60,950 nucleotides of DNA, filler included, from Nemertoderma westbladi (GCA_032718475.1; 3 parts of 3 records of this genome joined end to end with filler, not necessarily neighbours in it); one strand, 5' to 3'. Positions 13,207-26,939 are shown, counted from the whole stretch's first letter. Program-made: numbers and translations. Notes: generated by a model from the sequence alone, not told the origin.

Positions 13207-15762
13207 ACGTATACTCTATTCAATAGTAACCTTATAGTAACCACACTATTGTTTACCCGTAACCTAGCCTATACATTTATAGACTTATTAACTTTGTACA
13301 TAAATTGCTGCACTTTTCGATTTAGCTTTAAAATAAAGACAATTAGAGACGGGATTTCAACAATTAAAGTTTAATACTTTTATCCGAAATTTCAAAGTTG
13401 GTCAAATAGGCAAGTGTCTTATAATCATTCGATAGCTTTTTTCATGCTGAAAACGACTCTGATAATAAAACATAAGTTGATTCAGGTTGTGGAAAGTTAT
13501 TGAGAAAAAACTCTAATTTTCACCCAAAGTCTACAAATTTTCATGTAGAACGGATTAAATTCCAAAGTCTACATTTTGATGTAGACTTTGGATATACTAT
13601 CGATTCAAAGTCTACAAAACTTATGTCAAAGTTATATTTCACAGTTGGTTACTACAGTAATTCTCTACCTACATTAAAGCGTGAGTAAAGTAATAATATA
13701 TGACACTTCCATCTCAAAGCAGATCATTTTACAAAATTCCGCCCCTTACGATTAATTCCACCACGAATGATTTTGCTTTGGATAATTCCGTACATGAAAT
13801 AATTATCTCTGACAATTTATTAATTCCATTCTGGTTTCTCATGAGAAATTACGAATCCACCCGCCTCAGCGGCCTGGTATTTTAAAAATAATTATTTAAT
13901 ACATGGGAAAAAAAGTATAACCTTTTTCACTATTCTCGAGGCATTTTATTTACCGATCGTCAGCGAGGTTAATAAAGGGTCGAGAGAATATCGAAAAAAA
14001 ATGTTCTACGTTTTTCCCATGTAATATGTAATTTTATTCTTAAATTTCTACTTTTTTGTTTCTTAATTATTTAATAAAACGTACAGCGATATAGTGTTAC
14101 AATAATTATTTATTATTTGGGGAAAAAATATTCAACTTATTTTTCCCATGTGAAATACGGAAGTTTATTCTTAAATTGGTACTTTATTGTTGCTTATTTA
14201 TTTAATAAAAGATAGAACGAAGTAGTGTTACAAAATAAATTGAACGCAATGCAGTATTTTAGTAATTACAGTAATTCCAATTTCGGTACTCTTTAACTCC
14301 TGTTGCTGTCTTTCTCAATGTTAAGTAATTTAATGTTCTGGAATATTTATTAATAGAGATTGTAGTAGAGAGCAGCTCAACTACAAACCAATATTGGATA
14401 TTAATTGAGTTCTGTTTTGGAATTCGCCCTACAGACACCAAAGTGACACTTTAAAAGTGTGCATTAATTTAGCTCAAATTACGTGCAAACCTTTTCTACT
14501 TCGAAGCTCTTTCAACACATAATAAAATGTAATAATTTCTAGGGAAAAAGTAAAATCAATGTCATCCATTTTTCCCTATGGAATACTTTTTCCCCTAAGG
14601 AAAAAGCACTCGTTTTTCTTCCGATTTTTGGGTATTTCCGACGCAAAAGTATCAATTTATGAAACATCGTTATTAATCCATCCACCGTGTTCAGTTTTGT
14701 TCCATTTATCATTATAATATATAGCAAACCGCAACCGAGTTGCTGGCGCAGTGCCGCAGACGGTATCTGCCATCTTTGTCGACAACCAGTGGACGATATC
14801 CAGCACTACAGGTCACGCAACAGTATTCCGTCTTTTAACTCCGATCTAAGATTGGCCTTGTTTCTGATGGACCTTGGAAACTCGAATGTGTAAACTACTC
14901 TAGATAATGATAATGTATTTTACCTGACTCAAAATCTAGACCCCGATGAAACTAGTTAAAATCATCGCCTACTGATCCACTTAACTTTATTAATTATATT
15001 CCCGTCCAACTGTGCTTTTAAAATTTTGTAATTAAATAATTTTCTTTTAACATATTGTACGTGCGACAAATTTTATCCAAATGTTTGGATGTAATATACA
15101 GAATTCATATACAGAATTTATTATAATTTGTGTATAATAACGAGAAAAGGGACCTTATGTCGCAAAACCAGATTCTGAGATAATCGCGTTTAAAGTTTTC
15201 CTCTATTTTTGAACAAATTTAATTGGATTATCAATTTAGAAATGTATAAAACGATGAGGGAAATTCAAATTGGTTCTGATATTCAATATACCTAGGAAAT
15301 ATCTAATTACAGGAAGCAATATAAGATGTTGCTGTGTTGTATGTATATCCCACTATCCCACTTAGGTTTTTCATGTCTGAATTTTAAGACTGTGATGAAA
15401 TTGTACTAATATGTAGGTACTGTTTGTTTGTATTTTCAATCTATATAATATATAGATTGAAAAATACAAACAAACCTTTCAGGCGACATTCGTAAAACAA
15501 AAAGCGCGCTGTGTGTATTTCGTCGTCTAAGTTTATAGTATACAGTAGTTTTCTGCGAAATACATCCAAAAGCATTATTAGGCCAGGAACAAGTACAGCA
15601 GCGAGATCAGTTCTGGCTTTGTATCGCAGTGATCCTCGAAACAAATGGCACCCAACACGAGAAATATCGTTGCAAATTTCATTGTTTAAGCTATTGCATC
15701 TTTTTTGGTTAACATTGGTTTCCCCTCGTGATCTTCACTATATTTTTTTAACTTTTACATTA

Positions 15763-16551
15763 GGGGCCATCCATATCCATAAATGACGTCACGTTTTTTA
15801 AAGACATGTTTGACCCCCCCCCCCCCCCCTTTGTCACAAATAGTCACGAAATGGCTACCCCCCCCCCCCTCGTCACAAATCGTCACGAAATGGCTACCCC
15901 CCCCCCTCGTCACAAATCGTCACGAAATGGCTACCCCCCCCCCCCCCCCCCAATGTCACGTCACAGAATATAAAATTAAATGATTACTCTTATATTATTA
16001 GAACAATAAATCTGGAATAAATTTGTCAACTATAAACTAACATTACAAATTACAGTAATACGAGTTTTTCAGACATGCTCCCATGGGCACGACAGGTGGT
16101 CTGTCATACTTATAATAGCCATTGGTGAGACAGCAGCTACTGGGTGTGGGTTCGCAGGGGATTGATAATCAAAACGGGTTTTGGAACTACCGCTACCATG
16201 AAGGGATGTAAGATTTCTAGTAAAACTTTCGATGCAAAGTAAAGATGACATTCTTTACAAACACGTTCTCTAATTATGGAAGGACAGTAGAGGTCGTAAG
16301 GTAAGATTTTAATGGTTGTCATTGGAAGAGGTAATGTTTAATAGTAAATACGTTAATAGTATACACGTTTAATAGTATACAAGTATACACATTATGTATT
16401 TAATATATATACAGTAATTTTGTCGGAAACTTACAATGCGAAGTCACGATATTGCGGACACACCCCCCCCCCCCCCCCTCCCCCTCGTCACAAATCGTCA
16501 CGAAATACGAAACCCCCTCCCACCCCTGTCCATCGCTTTATGGATGGCCCC
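15763..16551. mobile_element. non-autonomous TIR element with TTA target duplication (PIF/Harbinger-like)
   Basis: TTA|GGGGCCATCCATA ... TATGGATGGCCCC|TTA, with subterminal repeats CCCCTCGTCACAAATCGTCACGAAAT. Confidence 0.8.
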
Positions 16552-17550
16552 TTAGCCGTGTTTGGTTTGTCAATATATATATAAGTGTTTAAACATATAT
16601 ATATATATAAGTGTTTCGGGATTCATGGGAACGGGATTATATCACTCTCGCGATCCCGTTTATCGGGATCGGGATTGAAATTTTGGATTAAATTCCTTAA
16701 TGACTGGTTTTGGGTAACAATCACTTTACATTTCTGAAATATTAGTAAGATAAAGTTATATATTTTAAAATTGATTTAGTTGTTCATAGTTCACATATGA
16801 TTTTCGGTATTTCGCAATCGTCAACGAACCGCTGTCAACACTGCAGTTAGCCAGTAGTGCACGTTCACAATAATAAAATTTAAAATTACCCCCAAAAGGA
16901 TTCAATCGTTTTGAAGAGCTTGAAAAGTCATGGGGGAAACTGTACGCAATAAAAATCCATCCCTCTCCAGGGGAAATTCAACGCAAATAACAGCTGATTA
17001 CTCTCAAAAATAAAACTGTAACCTGTTCTATTGTGTTTAGTTTATTGTTTTGGTTAAATTAACTTGCCACTGTAACCTGCTCCTTTCCCTAAATTGCGAA
17101 TTTAACATTGAGGCGGGATATTAATTCGCCAAGGCGGGATTTGCGTCCAGTTCCCCCCCCCCTGTTTCCTAAAGTAATAATGTGCTACATATCCATTTCC
17201 GTTAATACTACGGCGAAATAGTGTAACAATTTTGGAATAAATGTTTAAAAATCCTCTATAAAGTTTACACTGCCACCAATATACATTTACTTCTATGAAG
17301 GTGCTGACAGTTTAATATCATTGATTTAAATATAAATTCCTATGAATCATCTTCATTTATAGATTAAATTATATTCTCATTGATTTTCCGTTTAGGCTAT
17401 TTTTTATAGATTCAAAAAAAGACATATTTTTACAAAAGTTTGATTTAATATCTTTCTTACACAACTTTATCCAATATATTACTATATTGCAATTGCAGCA
17501 CAATTAAAAATAATCCCAACCAGATAAAACTAAAGTTTTTTTTCAGTTGT

Positions 17551-18591
17551 TTAGGAACGTTTTGCTATTTTAGCGATTTCCCCTAAAAACACATCGCATT
17601 TATTAATGAGGATATCGAGTGACTCGATAACCAGTTCATGTGGAGGCAAGGCGCCGGTCGATTCTACTGTAAAAATAAAATGATTGCGAATCCGCGAGAG
17701 TTCCACCAAGGGAGATAACTCCGGGTGTCTGTGGACCTCACGACATCCGCTGTCCCTACGGGGGTTGGCAACGGTCGCAGTCACCTCACCGTCGTCGCCC
17801 CTAGCAACCTTAATGACGTCACCACGAGGGTCCTTAGTGAAACAGTCTGCGAGCCGTTGGGCGAGGTCTCCGCGGACCGGGGCCAGCAGCCGGATGGCCG
17901 GGAGCAGTCTGTAGCTCGCGATGGCAACCGGAGAGAACTTGGCGTGGACGTTACCGCATCCCTTGAAGCAATGCGCGACAATGTCCAACTCCTGCCCCGG
18001 ACGAAGTTTAGCTATTAGTATATCGGAATCCACAGGTAGAACGTCACCCGCACGGAGCCGCTCCGCCTGACCACCTAAAGGGTTCCACTTCATGTCGCTA
18101 GTGTACACGTTGCTATGGATATAGGCGTCCTTCGGGTCGCCGCTTTGTTTAACGTTTCGAGTGCATTTTACTTTCAGTTTCAACTCGACCGTGTTGAACT
18201 CAGTGGTCTCGTCGTCGGATCCTCGTGTTTCGAAGAGCCTCGGGTCCGCCTTCACCGGGATTAAACCGAGTCTGTGCGCGAGAAACTCGTCCTGTATGAG
18301 GGAGGTGTTCCCGTGGATGAACACGCGGTCGACCGCCATCGTCGGCAGTTCCCCTATGACAACCCGACGGATCGCGTTCGCTATCGCCGCGTCCACTCCC
18401 ACCAGGTCGAACTCCAAGCTCAGTGGGTCCCGCTCCGAGCCCATCTGGACGATCTCGATTCGCAATGAGCGCCGGAACGCACGGAAGTCCCACGCGCCGT
18501 CCCGGTTAGGGTAGGCTCCAGGGAAGTCTGAGGCGCTAACGTTTCGGACATGGCGTTCTTCTAGAATTACCTTGTCCCTGATCGTATCCAT
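17551..18591 (-). CDS. POLR1C: RNA polymerase I/III subunit RPAC1 (AC40), single exon
   Basis: 346 aa with LEFDLVGVDAAIANAIRR, NTSLIQDEFLAHRLGLIP, DILIAKLRPGQE, HAKFSPVA and HFIFTVESTGALPP. Confidence 0.96.
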   Translation of the reverse strand: MDTIRDKVILEERHVRNVSASDFPGAYPNRDGAWDFRAFRRSLRIEIVQMGSERDPLSLEFDLVGVDAAIANAIRRVVIGELPTMAVDRVFIHGNTSLIQDEFLAHRLGLIPVKADPRLFETRGSDDETTEFNTVELKLKVKCTRNVKQSGDPKDAYIHSNVYTSDMKWNPLGGQAERLRAGDVLPVDSDILIAKLRPGQELDIVAHCFKGCGNVHAKFSPVAIASYRLLPAIRLLAPVRGDLAQRLADCFTKDPRGDVIKVARGDDGEVTATVANPRRDSGCREVHRHPELSPLVELSRIRNHFIFTVESTGALPPHELVIESLDILINKCDVFLGEIAKIAKRS

Positions 18592-19283
18592 GACTACCGT
18601 AGGTCTGTCTGTAGGTCAGTACTGCAGTAGGTGGACTACTGTAGCATAAATACAGAAATACCGGTAGCTTTAATTATTCTGTTAGTAAAACCTGAAAACT
18701 GGAAGACGCTTAGCTACGGAGCTATGACGCTATGGTTAAACTTTATTTACCGGGAGACATTCACAGTACACGTACTGAAGTAAAATAGACAAGACAGGCT
18801 ATTATTTTTTCCCGATCAGGATATATTACAGTATTATTGTTGTTATTATTAATTTTTTATTATTAAAATAATAATATATAATTATATTAATATATTTAAA
18901 TATTTAATTTATATATAAAATAAAATACACCGACACGTAGTGTCATTTTCTGATGACACTGACCCCCACTCCCCCCAAAATTAATTTCTACAAATCTTTA
19001 TCATATTGCTTGAAATTTGATACATGAGTAGTTCAACTCACCGTGGTTGTTACCATGAAGGATGAACCTGGATTTTTCGAATTTGCCTTAAAATTTTTTT
19101 TATAAGCGTTTAAAAAAGTGTCTTTTGCGAAATCGCACCATCCGAATCGTGGCCATTCTTCACATTAATCGAGACAGGGGGGGGTTGGGGGGTGACTGGA
19201 CGCAAATGCCATCTTGGCGAATAGGTTACCGTTTTATTTTTGAAAGTAATTAAATGTTATTTGCGTACGCGTCCGCTGGGGTG

Positions 19284-19397
19284 TCTGGTATTCTTCACAT
19301 GGGGGTAACTGCAAAGTGAAATATAACGGCAGACTGTCTAACGACTTTCTGCCGTTATATTTCACTTTGCAGTTACCCCCATGTGAAGAATACCAGA
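19284..19397. repeat. perfect 50-bp inverted repeat with a 14-nt loop
   Basis: Arms 19284-19333 and 19348-19397 are exact reverse complements. Further partial arm copies lie at about 19400-19448 and about 19630-19648. Confidence 0.9.
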
Positions 19398-20082
19398 TTT
19401 TCTGCCGTTATATTTCACTTTGCTTTACCACCAAGTGAAGAATTCCAGGTTTTCACTAAAAACACAGGTTACAGAAGGGATGATCTAACCAAAACAATAA
19501 ACAAATAAGTATCTGTATAAGTTATACAGTAATACATAAATAAGCGCTATAAAACAGTTAGTAATGAGAAATAAAAAAATTTATATTCATAGATAAAATT
19601 TCAATAAAATTTTGACCAAAAAGTAAAATTCTGGTATTCCTCACATGGATGGTTGAATTTAAATTATTTAGCTAAAATTTACGCCCCGCATCAAAGCTTG
19701 TTCTTTGTTCTTCCTGTGATGGGGCATAGGACCATAGGTAGTTACTTAGTTGTTTATTGACATAATTTTTGAGATGGAAACTCGCATGTAATTCAAACCC
19801 TTCACCAATAGAGACACACACATTGATACATTGGCTACATACGTTTAATGCAATAATACCCTCCACCAATACACACTTAAAATTAAGTCCAATTATACGC
19901 TGCTTCGTAATGCAAAAATGCGAAAAAAAAAGAAAAATTCAATATATGTACATAACGCTCGTTTTTGTTCGTGTTCGTGAAATGGGGTATACTTAATGAG
20001 ATGTATACTTAATTATTTGATTTATTATTAATTTACGGTTATTTTAATCCCTTCCTTGTGCGGAATTTATTATGTGCCGAAT

Positions 20083-23000
20083 TTATACTTGTGCGGGCTC
20101 TAATACTTTAATAATTTTATGGCACATTGATGCGGATCGGGTTCCGAGGTTATCAAATACTCTGGATAGGGATGACGATAGTGGTGGAAAGTCGAAATCC
20201 AAGCGAATACTTTCGGTTAGTGGGCAGACAAAGAATATGTGATGATCTGATTGGGTAGAACCACATAAGCATTTCAGCATTTACGATTCTCTCTCGGAAT
20301 CCGACATCCGAGACCATCGGTGTATCTCCATTGGTAGCCGATGGGAACTCAATCTGATCCTTGAAAATGAGATTCTCTCCCACTCGGGTACATTAGGATC
20401 AGAGTATAATTCGTGGGGTTTCTGAGTTGGGTTGTATGCCACATAATTCACACACCTTGTCGTTATGGCTGTAGGAGTTCGATCTTTTGCAGCTTGGAGT
20501 TCCGACATGACATGACCCGTATCTAATAGCTCTTTGGCGTATTTTCCCATTGGTGAGTTTACTGATGTAGCTTCGTTCATAATGTAGTTATGATAACTGT
20601 CTTTATATCCAGGCCGTGAGGACAATGACCTCAGGAACTTTAACTGCCGATTCTTAATGATACTCTTGACATGTTCAGTGCTAGTTTCAATAAGGACGAG
20701 ATCATTTGGTGTTGTTAATCGAACTGAGAGTAGTTGTTTAAGCGTTCTGTAAAACACTGAAACAATTGGTTTGATGTTATTACATAACCATGTTTCGCAT
20801 CCGTATAATAGCGAAGATTGGAGAGCAGCCTGCCATACTGACTTCTTCACGGTAAAGGGAGCGTCACAGTTTTTGCCGAGGAATGAAGTGAATTTGTGGC
20901 AGTTACCAATACGCATCTTAATTTCGTCATCAATTTGAACCGCTACGGGGTGAATTGATATTAAAGATCCCAAATAGACATATGAGGATACAATTGAGAT
21001 TGTGATGTTCCCTATCAAGATGGGGATTCTGTCGCTATCGAGAGTGGATGAGGTCAGAAATTTCGACTTTTTAGGATGTAAAGTCATTCCAATTTCATCG
21101 CATACATCTTTAACCCTATTAGTACCGGGCTATAAAATGTTGTACAAATACCGGGGGGGGGGGGGGGGTCATATTGACCCCTCCCTCCAAAATCTACAAA
21201 TATTTACGAAAACGTCTGATTTTTTGTTTGTACGTAGGTATCACTTGTCTGGATCCGACCGAAAAAAAAAATTTTCGAAAAAATGTACTGGGGTGGTTAT
21301 ATTGCAGCACCAAAATTACAAGTAGTGCACAATTTTCACAAAATTTGAAAGTTCATTTTCGGCTAATTATTTTTCAATACAGGTTTTCTGGGGTGCAAAA
21401 TACATTGGAAAATATTTAAAAATGATATGATTACTATAAATGGCTGTTTAGTCCTCTCTGCGTAGGAAAAAAATGAAAAAAACAAGTAACCAGCACTTTT
21501 CAGTTAGAACACAAAATTTTTAATTCACTTATACGATGCTATAATTTCACATTTTCAGGTTTTCGAGGGCGCTGATTCTAATGGAATACATTTCTAATAT
21601 GCCAGATCATTGCTACTTGTATTTTTCGGCGTAATTTGGCAAATTTTGGTGCTAGCACCAAATTTCGTACCCATCACCAAAAAGTACAAGTTTGCGATGT
21701 CCAGTGCTGTTTTTATTGATTCCATCGGATTCAGGACCCTCATAAACCCGTATAACGCAAGAAACAAGGTGATACTATCTACTGATCAATTTGCATATTT
21801 TCCAAAATTTGGTGCTGGCACAACAATTTTCACCCACCGGCGAAAAATACAAGTTTGAGAACTCTTATGAAATTTTTACTGATTCCATTGAATTCAGAAC
21901 CATCACAAACCCGTATAACGCAAGAAACAAGGTGACACAATCAATTGATATATTTGATGGTTTTCAAAATTTGGTGCTAGCACCACATTTTGCACCCACA
22001 TCCGAAAAATACAAGTTTGAAATGTCTAGTTCGATAATTATATATTCCATTGAATTCAGAACAGCCATAAACCTCTAAAACGCAAGAAATAAATTGTCAC
22101 AAGCAATTTTATCTATTGAATGGATTTTCAAAATTTCGTGCTAGCACCAAAATTTGCACACAGCACCGAAAAATACGAGTTTGATACGCTTGGTGCAACT
22201 CGTATATATTTCATCGAATCCAGAACCCCAAAAAACCCCAATTGCGTAAAAAACAAGTTTCAAACAATCAATTTACAAAATTGACATATTTCAAAATTTG
22301 GTGCTGGCACCAAAATTTGGCACCCACCGAAAAAAACAAGTTTGAAATTTCTAAATCAATTTATATGAATTCCATCCAATTTCTAAGACCATAAAACCGG
22401 TGTAAATAAAAAATAGAGATGTTACAATTCATATTTAATGAAATGTAATTTTCAAAAAACGTCTCAAAAAAGTGCCAAAAGTAGGGTTAAAAAATGGTGC
22501 TGTAACTCGAAAAGTACCCAATATTTTTGAAAACGGTTTTCACTACTAGGAAGACAATAGATTTTTAGGAAAAGTCATAAAATTTCAGATTCCCTACTGC
22601 GTTTGTTTCAGAATTATAATAAAAAAACCACGGGGGGGGGGTCATATTGACCCCCCCCCCCCCGGGTTTAATAGGGTTAAGGATGTTAAGTTTATCAGTT
22701 AACTTTGCTCGGGAGGTAGCCAATACACATGTGTCATCCATTAATAATGTTCCATGAAGAGAATCTAGCCAACTGTCCTTTCCTAAACGATCCATTTTTG
22801 TAATCGTAGGGTCTATGTGTGTACAAAATAGTGGACAGCTGGAAGGCTTACCCTGTCCTACACCGCCCGTACTCTCAAACATTGTGTTGCCTATTACATT
22901 TATAGTTTCCTGCATTGATACTGATAAAGCCATAAGAAACCTTCTGCCACAACCCATCTGTTTCAATTTCCTGAGTAAGACTATCCTGTCAACTTTGTCA

Positions 23001-23900
23001 TAGGGCTTCTCGTAGTCGATGAAGGCAATGAATAACTCTCGCTTTGTTTTGATGGCAATATCGATTGCCAAACGAACACACAATATCTGTTCAGTACAGC
23101 CTCGTCCCTTCTGTGCGCCTGCCTGATATTGAGACGGTTTCGACCATAAATTAAAACGCTCAGTAAGGACGGAGTCGTACAATTTAGACAAGGCCGGAGC
23201 GACCGAAATTCCCCGATAATTCTCTGGTAGTGACTTAATTCCTTTCTTAAAAATCGTAAACATCAGGAAGTGGACCAATCTGTGGGGTATGGGACCTTAC
23301 CAGAGAAAACATCATTAAAGCATAAAGTAACTGCAATTAGCCAGTCATCGCTTAATAATTTGAGGATTCCTGGAGGTAGACCATCTATTCCTGCCGATTT
23401 TGAAGCTTTAAATTTCGCTAAGCAGATTGAAACTTCGTTCGGGTTTATATCGCTGTCTAGAATTGGAATAAAGATTTCTATTGACTTTATTTCGTTGTTA
23501 ATTACATCTGTGATAGATTGTGCATGTTCCTGAGAAGATAACAGCTGCTTGAAATAAGCGGCGAATTGCTCACTAGAAGGGCTTTCTGAGTATTTTTTTG
23601 AGATAAGTTGAGAGTTATAGCAAATAGACCCATTCCAATCTATTGCATTCCAAATAGTTTTCAGGTCGACTTTATTGACTAACCACTTCCAGCTATTATT
23701 TGAGTTCCTTTCGTGTGTACTGCGGTTAATAGGCATGACGGGTGGTTTCTTTTGAGTTTTCGATTGTATAGCTAGATTTGTTAGGGTTGTTGTTATTACT
23801 GAGTGCATGTTGTCACCGCTTTGTGACCTGGGTATGTTGCTAAGCCGTTGTTTGAACAATTCGTGGTTGATCGAGTTATAGAAAGAATTGTCAACGAATT
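20083..23900 (-). mobile_element. 5'-truncated LINE ORF2 (RT plus C-terminal Cys/His knuckle), frameshifted and split by a TTAA element
   Basis: KSAGIDGLP, PENYRGISV, AFIDYEKPYDKV, GVGQG, LMDDT, YVYLGS and CLCG..H..FVC across ORFs 23263-23994, 22565-23278, 20281-21087 and 20083-20280. Confidence 0.9.
21114..22676. mobile_element. non-autonomous piggyBac-like element nested in the LINE
   Basis: TTAA|CCCTATTA ... TAATAGGG|TTAA, subterminal GGGGGTCATATTGACCCCC palindromes and about five internal ~163-bp repeats (21640-22420). Removing it restores the RT frame KLNILK-DVCDEIGMTLHPKKS. Confidence 0.9.
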
Positions 23901-24450
23901 GTTGGCTTCTCTCTCTCTCCAGTAGGGGGTGAGACAGGCAGCCGGTCAGGAGATAACTGACGCCTGTGAGACCGATTGTGTCCGGTAATTCCACTGGCCT
24001 CTAGTGGCCGGACCTCCGCATTACTAATGTAATCCATAGTGGGGGGTTGGGGGTGCTTTTTTGCCGAGTCTATCTACTCTGGCGCACATGACCCACCATT
24101 GGCTGTGCAACTCATCTGCTGGGTCATGCCCTGTACCCCTGCTGCCAGGTGCAGGTCGCAGTGAAGTGTACTCAGAGTGGACATAGAACACTCTACTCCT
24201 GACCAGCCATTGGTAGATCACCATCTGCCTGGCCAGGCCATATACCCCTGCAGCCAAGTACATGGGTCCTTAATCCAGGACCAACGGCGTCCTTATCCCA
24301 GAACAAATGGGGTCCTAGTTACAGGACCAGATTTGCCCTAGTAAGAGGGTCTATGCAGCTACAGGTGGCACCTCCTTTATGCTGCATGGAGGTGGCAAGT
24401 TTTCTTGATCAATGACCTAGAATACCTGACCTGACTGAATGGATGACTGG

Positions 24451-24530
24451 ATGGGACCTAACTCTCTTTGGGACCTAACACGACTTTACATCTTTGTTTT
24501 GTACAGGTCCCAAAGAGAGTTAGGTCCCAT
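24451..24530. repeat. 26-bp perfect inverted repeat next to a dispersed repeat core
   Basis: ATGGGACCTAACTCTCTTTGGGACCT (24451-24476) and its reverse complement (24505-24530). Confidence 0.85.
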
Positions 24531-25406
24531 TGCCATTTAAAGGGGCAGGTTAGTAAAGGAGCAGGTTACAGAGGTGTGTTGTGGGAACCAAACCAATAAA
24601 CGAAAGTTAACACATGTGTTTTGTACAGATCTTTAGTCTTTGGTTCTTGGGTCGTCTTTGGTTTTTGTTTTGTACTCTCCCAGTTTGAAGTGGAAACATA
24701 TATGAAATCCTGTGAAACGTTTTCACGTTTTTTATTAATTTATTTAGAATAATTTACCGGTTCTGTAAATATAATACTAGAAACCATTGAACATTTGTTT
24801 GTCATTTTTGCAGTCTCCTAAGGAAGGAGAGGTGATGACAATGTGAGGGATTGCGGGAAAGGTTTGCAGGGGTAGGGAGGGGCTGGAAGAAAGGGTTTAC
24901 AGTGTCTTTGCGAAGGGGAGGTGCTTGGAGAAATACAGTATTAGCAACATCTCGAGGGAAGCTGAAAATGAATGACTCATATTTATTTTAAGGAATGAGG
25001 TTTATAACAGTGTTGTCACTTCAAATTTGAATAATTTCTCGTGCAGATGATGCAACATTACCCAATGCCAGATAAAGCAGTGAAATTTGGGCACTCTTCA
25101 ACATGCTACCAATCCTAGCCGGCAGGAGATTTTTGATTGGTACATAGTAATGCTAAATGCATCCTACTCTGCACAGTAACTGCGCTAATGCATCCATTCC
25201 AGAGTGCTGGATCACTATGACGTTGACGTACGTCGTATTACTACAACTAGTATTGCTGTCCCGCATAACAATGAATAATCTTACTAAAATAGACATGACA
25301 TGGTGCAAAATTGTTGCAAATTCAATTCAATATGGAAGCTTTACATGTTTCGGATTAGAATGTAGTAAGTTCTGATATGTTATATGTGTATTTGATATTG
25401 GACAAC

Positions 25407-25506
25407 NNNNNNNNNNNNNNNNNNNNNNNNNNNNNNNNNNNNNNNNNNNNTTAATTAATTAANNNNNNNNNNNNNNNNNNNNNNNNNNNNNNNNNNNNNN
25501 NNNNNN
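25407..25506. other. scaffold gap with artificial TTAATTAATTAA spacer
   Basis: N runs flank TTAATTAATTAA, in the same format as 52269-52368. Confidence 0.97.
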
Positions 25507-26125
25507 AATAAGAGATATCAATTGATTGGTTCTAGATTAAAATTTAAAACAGACATTTCGAATTAAGTTTACTTTCACGTTCAAACATTTTTTAAGGCGC
25601 TTCGAAAATGAACACCACCATCAAGGATACCAACAGTTTTCGGTTGAGATATTCTATTCACCGAGTGCAGATAGGTTAATAAAGAATCGAGGGAATGGTA
25701 GAATAATATATTCCACGTTATTTAACATGCAATGCGTAGCTTTTGGTTTCAATAAAACTTATTCTAGAAGAAATTAATGACTCTTCGGTATGCTCAACGT
25801 AGGCCATGGCTCACCTGTCTAGTTCATTATATCTACATTCTATCATACTATCTACTAGCTCATTAGGTACCCAACACCACCACCCTATGACCCCTCCCAA
25901 TTTTCAATATTGTTTAAGGTAGTGGCAAGCCGACTTAAGGGCGTCACAATGATCCATTACAAGGGGTTGGTGGAACAGGAGTTTAAATTTAATTTAATAA
26001 AGTTGTAATGTAATTTGATTTTGTTATTTTGTAAGCTTAGCCTATATCATATTTGGGGGCATTTGTTTAGCTTTGTCTTATAAAAATATACTGTATCTAT
26101 ATAATTTTTTGGAGATATACTGTAG

Positions 26126-26768
26126 GTGGTACGTACTAAAAGGTAGAACGATCTATAACGGGCTACAACGATCTATAACGGGCTATAACTTCCCCATAAC
26201 AAGCTATAACCACCTATAACGAGCTATAATCTGAAAATTTACAATAAAAAAACCTATTTTAGAATGGATTTATTATCCTAGTCAGTAATTTAATTAGGCA
26301 ATTTGGATTTTTTTTAGTCCATAACGCATTTCATCTTTGTGGTATCACGAAATCAGTCATTACTGCATTAGTTAGCATGCCACTACTGCATTTTCTGACT
26401 TTCAAACAGTGCAGCAGAGGAGAGGTCTCTCATCTCTCTGTCTATCCTCCATCCTGCTATATCCGCTGTCAGCTTCTGGTCGATATAGAATACAGGAATG
26501 TGAGCAATATAGGCCAATAAAAAAAACTTACCAGTATCAATTATCAATTAGGCATAGGCAGATAGGCCTACCCTAATTTTTAACCTGCGGGATTTTTCAG
26601 ACCACCGTGTTAATACAAAAGTTAAACACACCCAAGGGGCGTTTTTTTAATGTAAATTTTCATATTATAGCTCGTTATAGGTGGTTATAGCCTGTTTATA
26701 GGAAATTATAGCCCGTTATAGATCGTTATAGCCCGTTATAGATCGTTCTACCTTTTAGTACGTACCAC
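26126..26768. mobile_element. MITE with ~110-bp terminal inverted repeats
   Basis: GTGGTACGTACTAAAAGGTAGAACGATCTATAACGGGCTA... at the left end and its reverse complement ending ...TTTTAGTACGTACCAC at the right. The TSD is not clean. Confidence 0.85.
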
Positions 26769-26900
26769 TCTGCCACTGTAGGTTCTGTTTGTGTTTAGCC
26801 AGTCATGAGTCTGATGTCCCTTACTGCTTTACTTTACATACCGGTACCGGTGTTTCATACTTTTGTGCTTTGCAGTTTTACCAGTTTGTTTAAGTAATCA

Positions 26901-26939
26901 GGCCCTGACGATACCCCAACGGGGAGAAATATATAGGCC
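26901..26939 (+). ncRNA. minimal type I hammerhead ribozyme (Penelope-type)
   Basis: GGCC-CTGACGA-TACCCCAACGGGGA-GAAA-TATATA-GGCC: intact core, stem II CCCC/GGGG, palindromic stem III ATATAT and a 4-bp stem I. Confidence 0.7.

Noticed and set aside
25451-25462. TTAATTAATTAA motif between N runs (also at about 52313)
   Set aside because: It is an artificial scaffolding spacer with stops in all frames.
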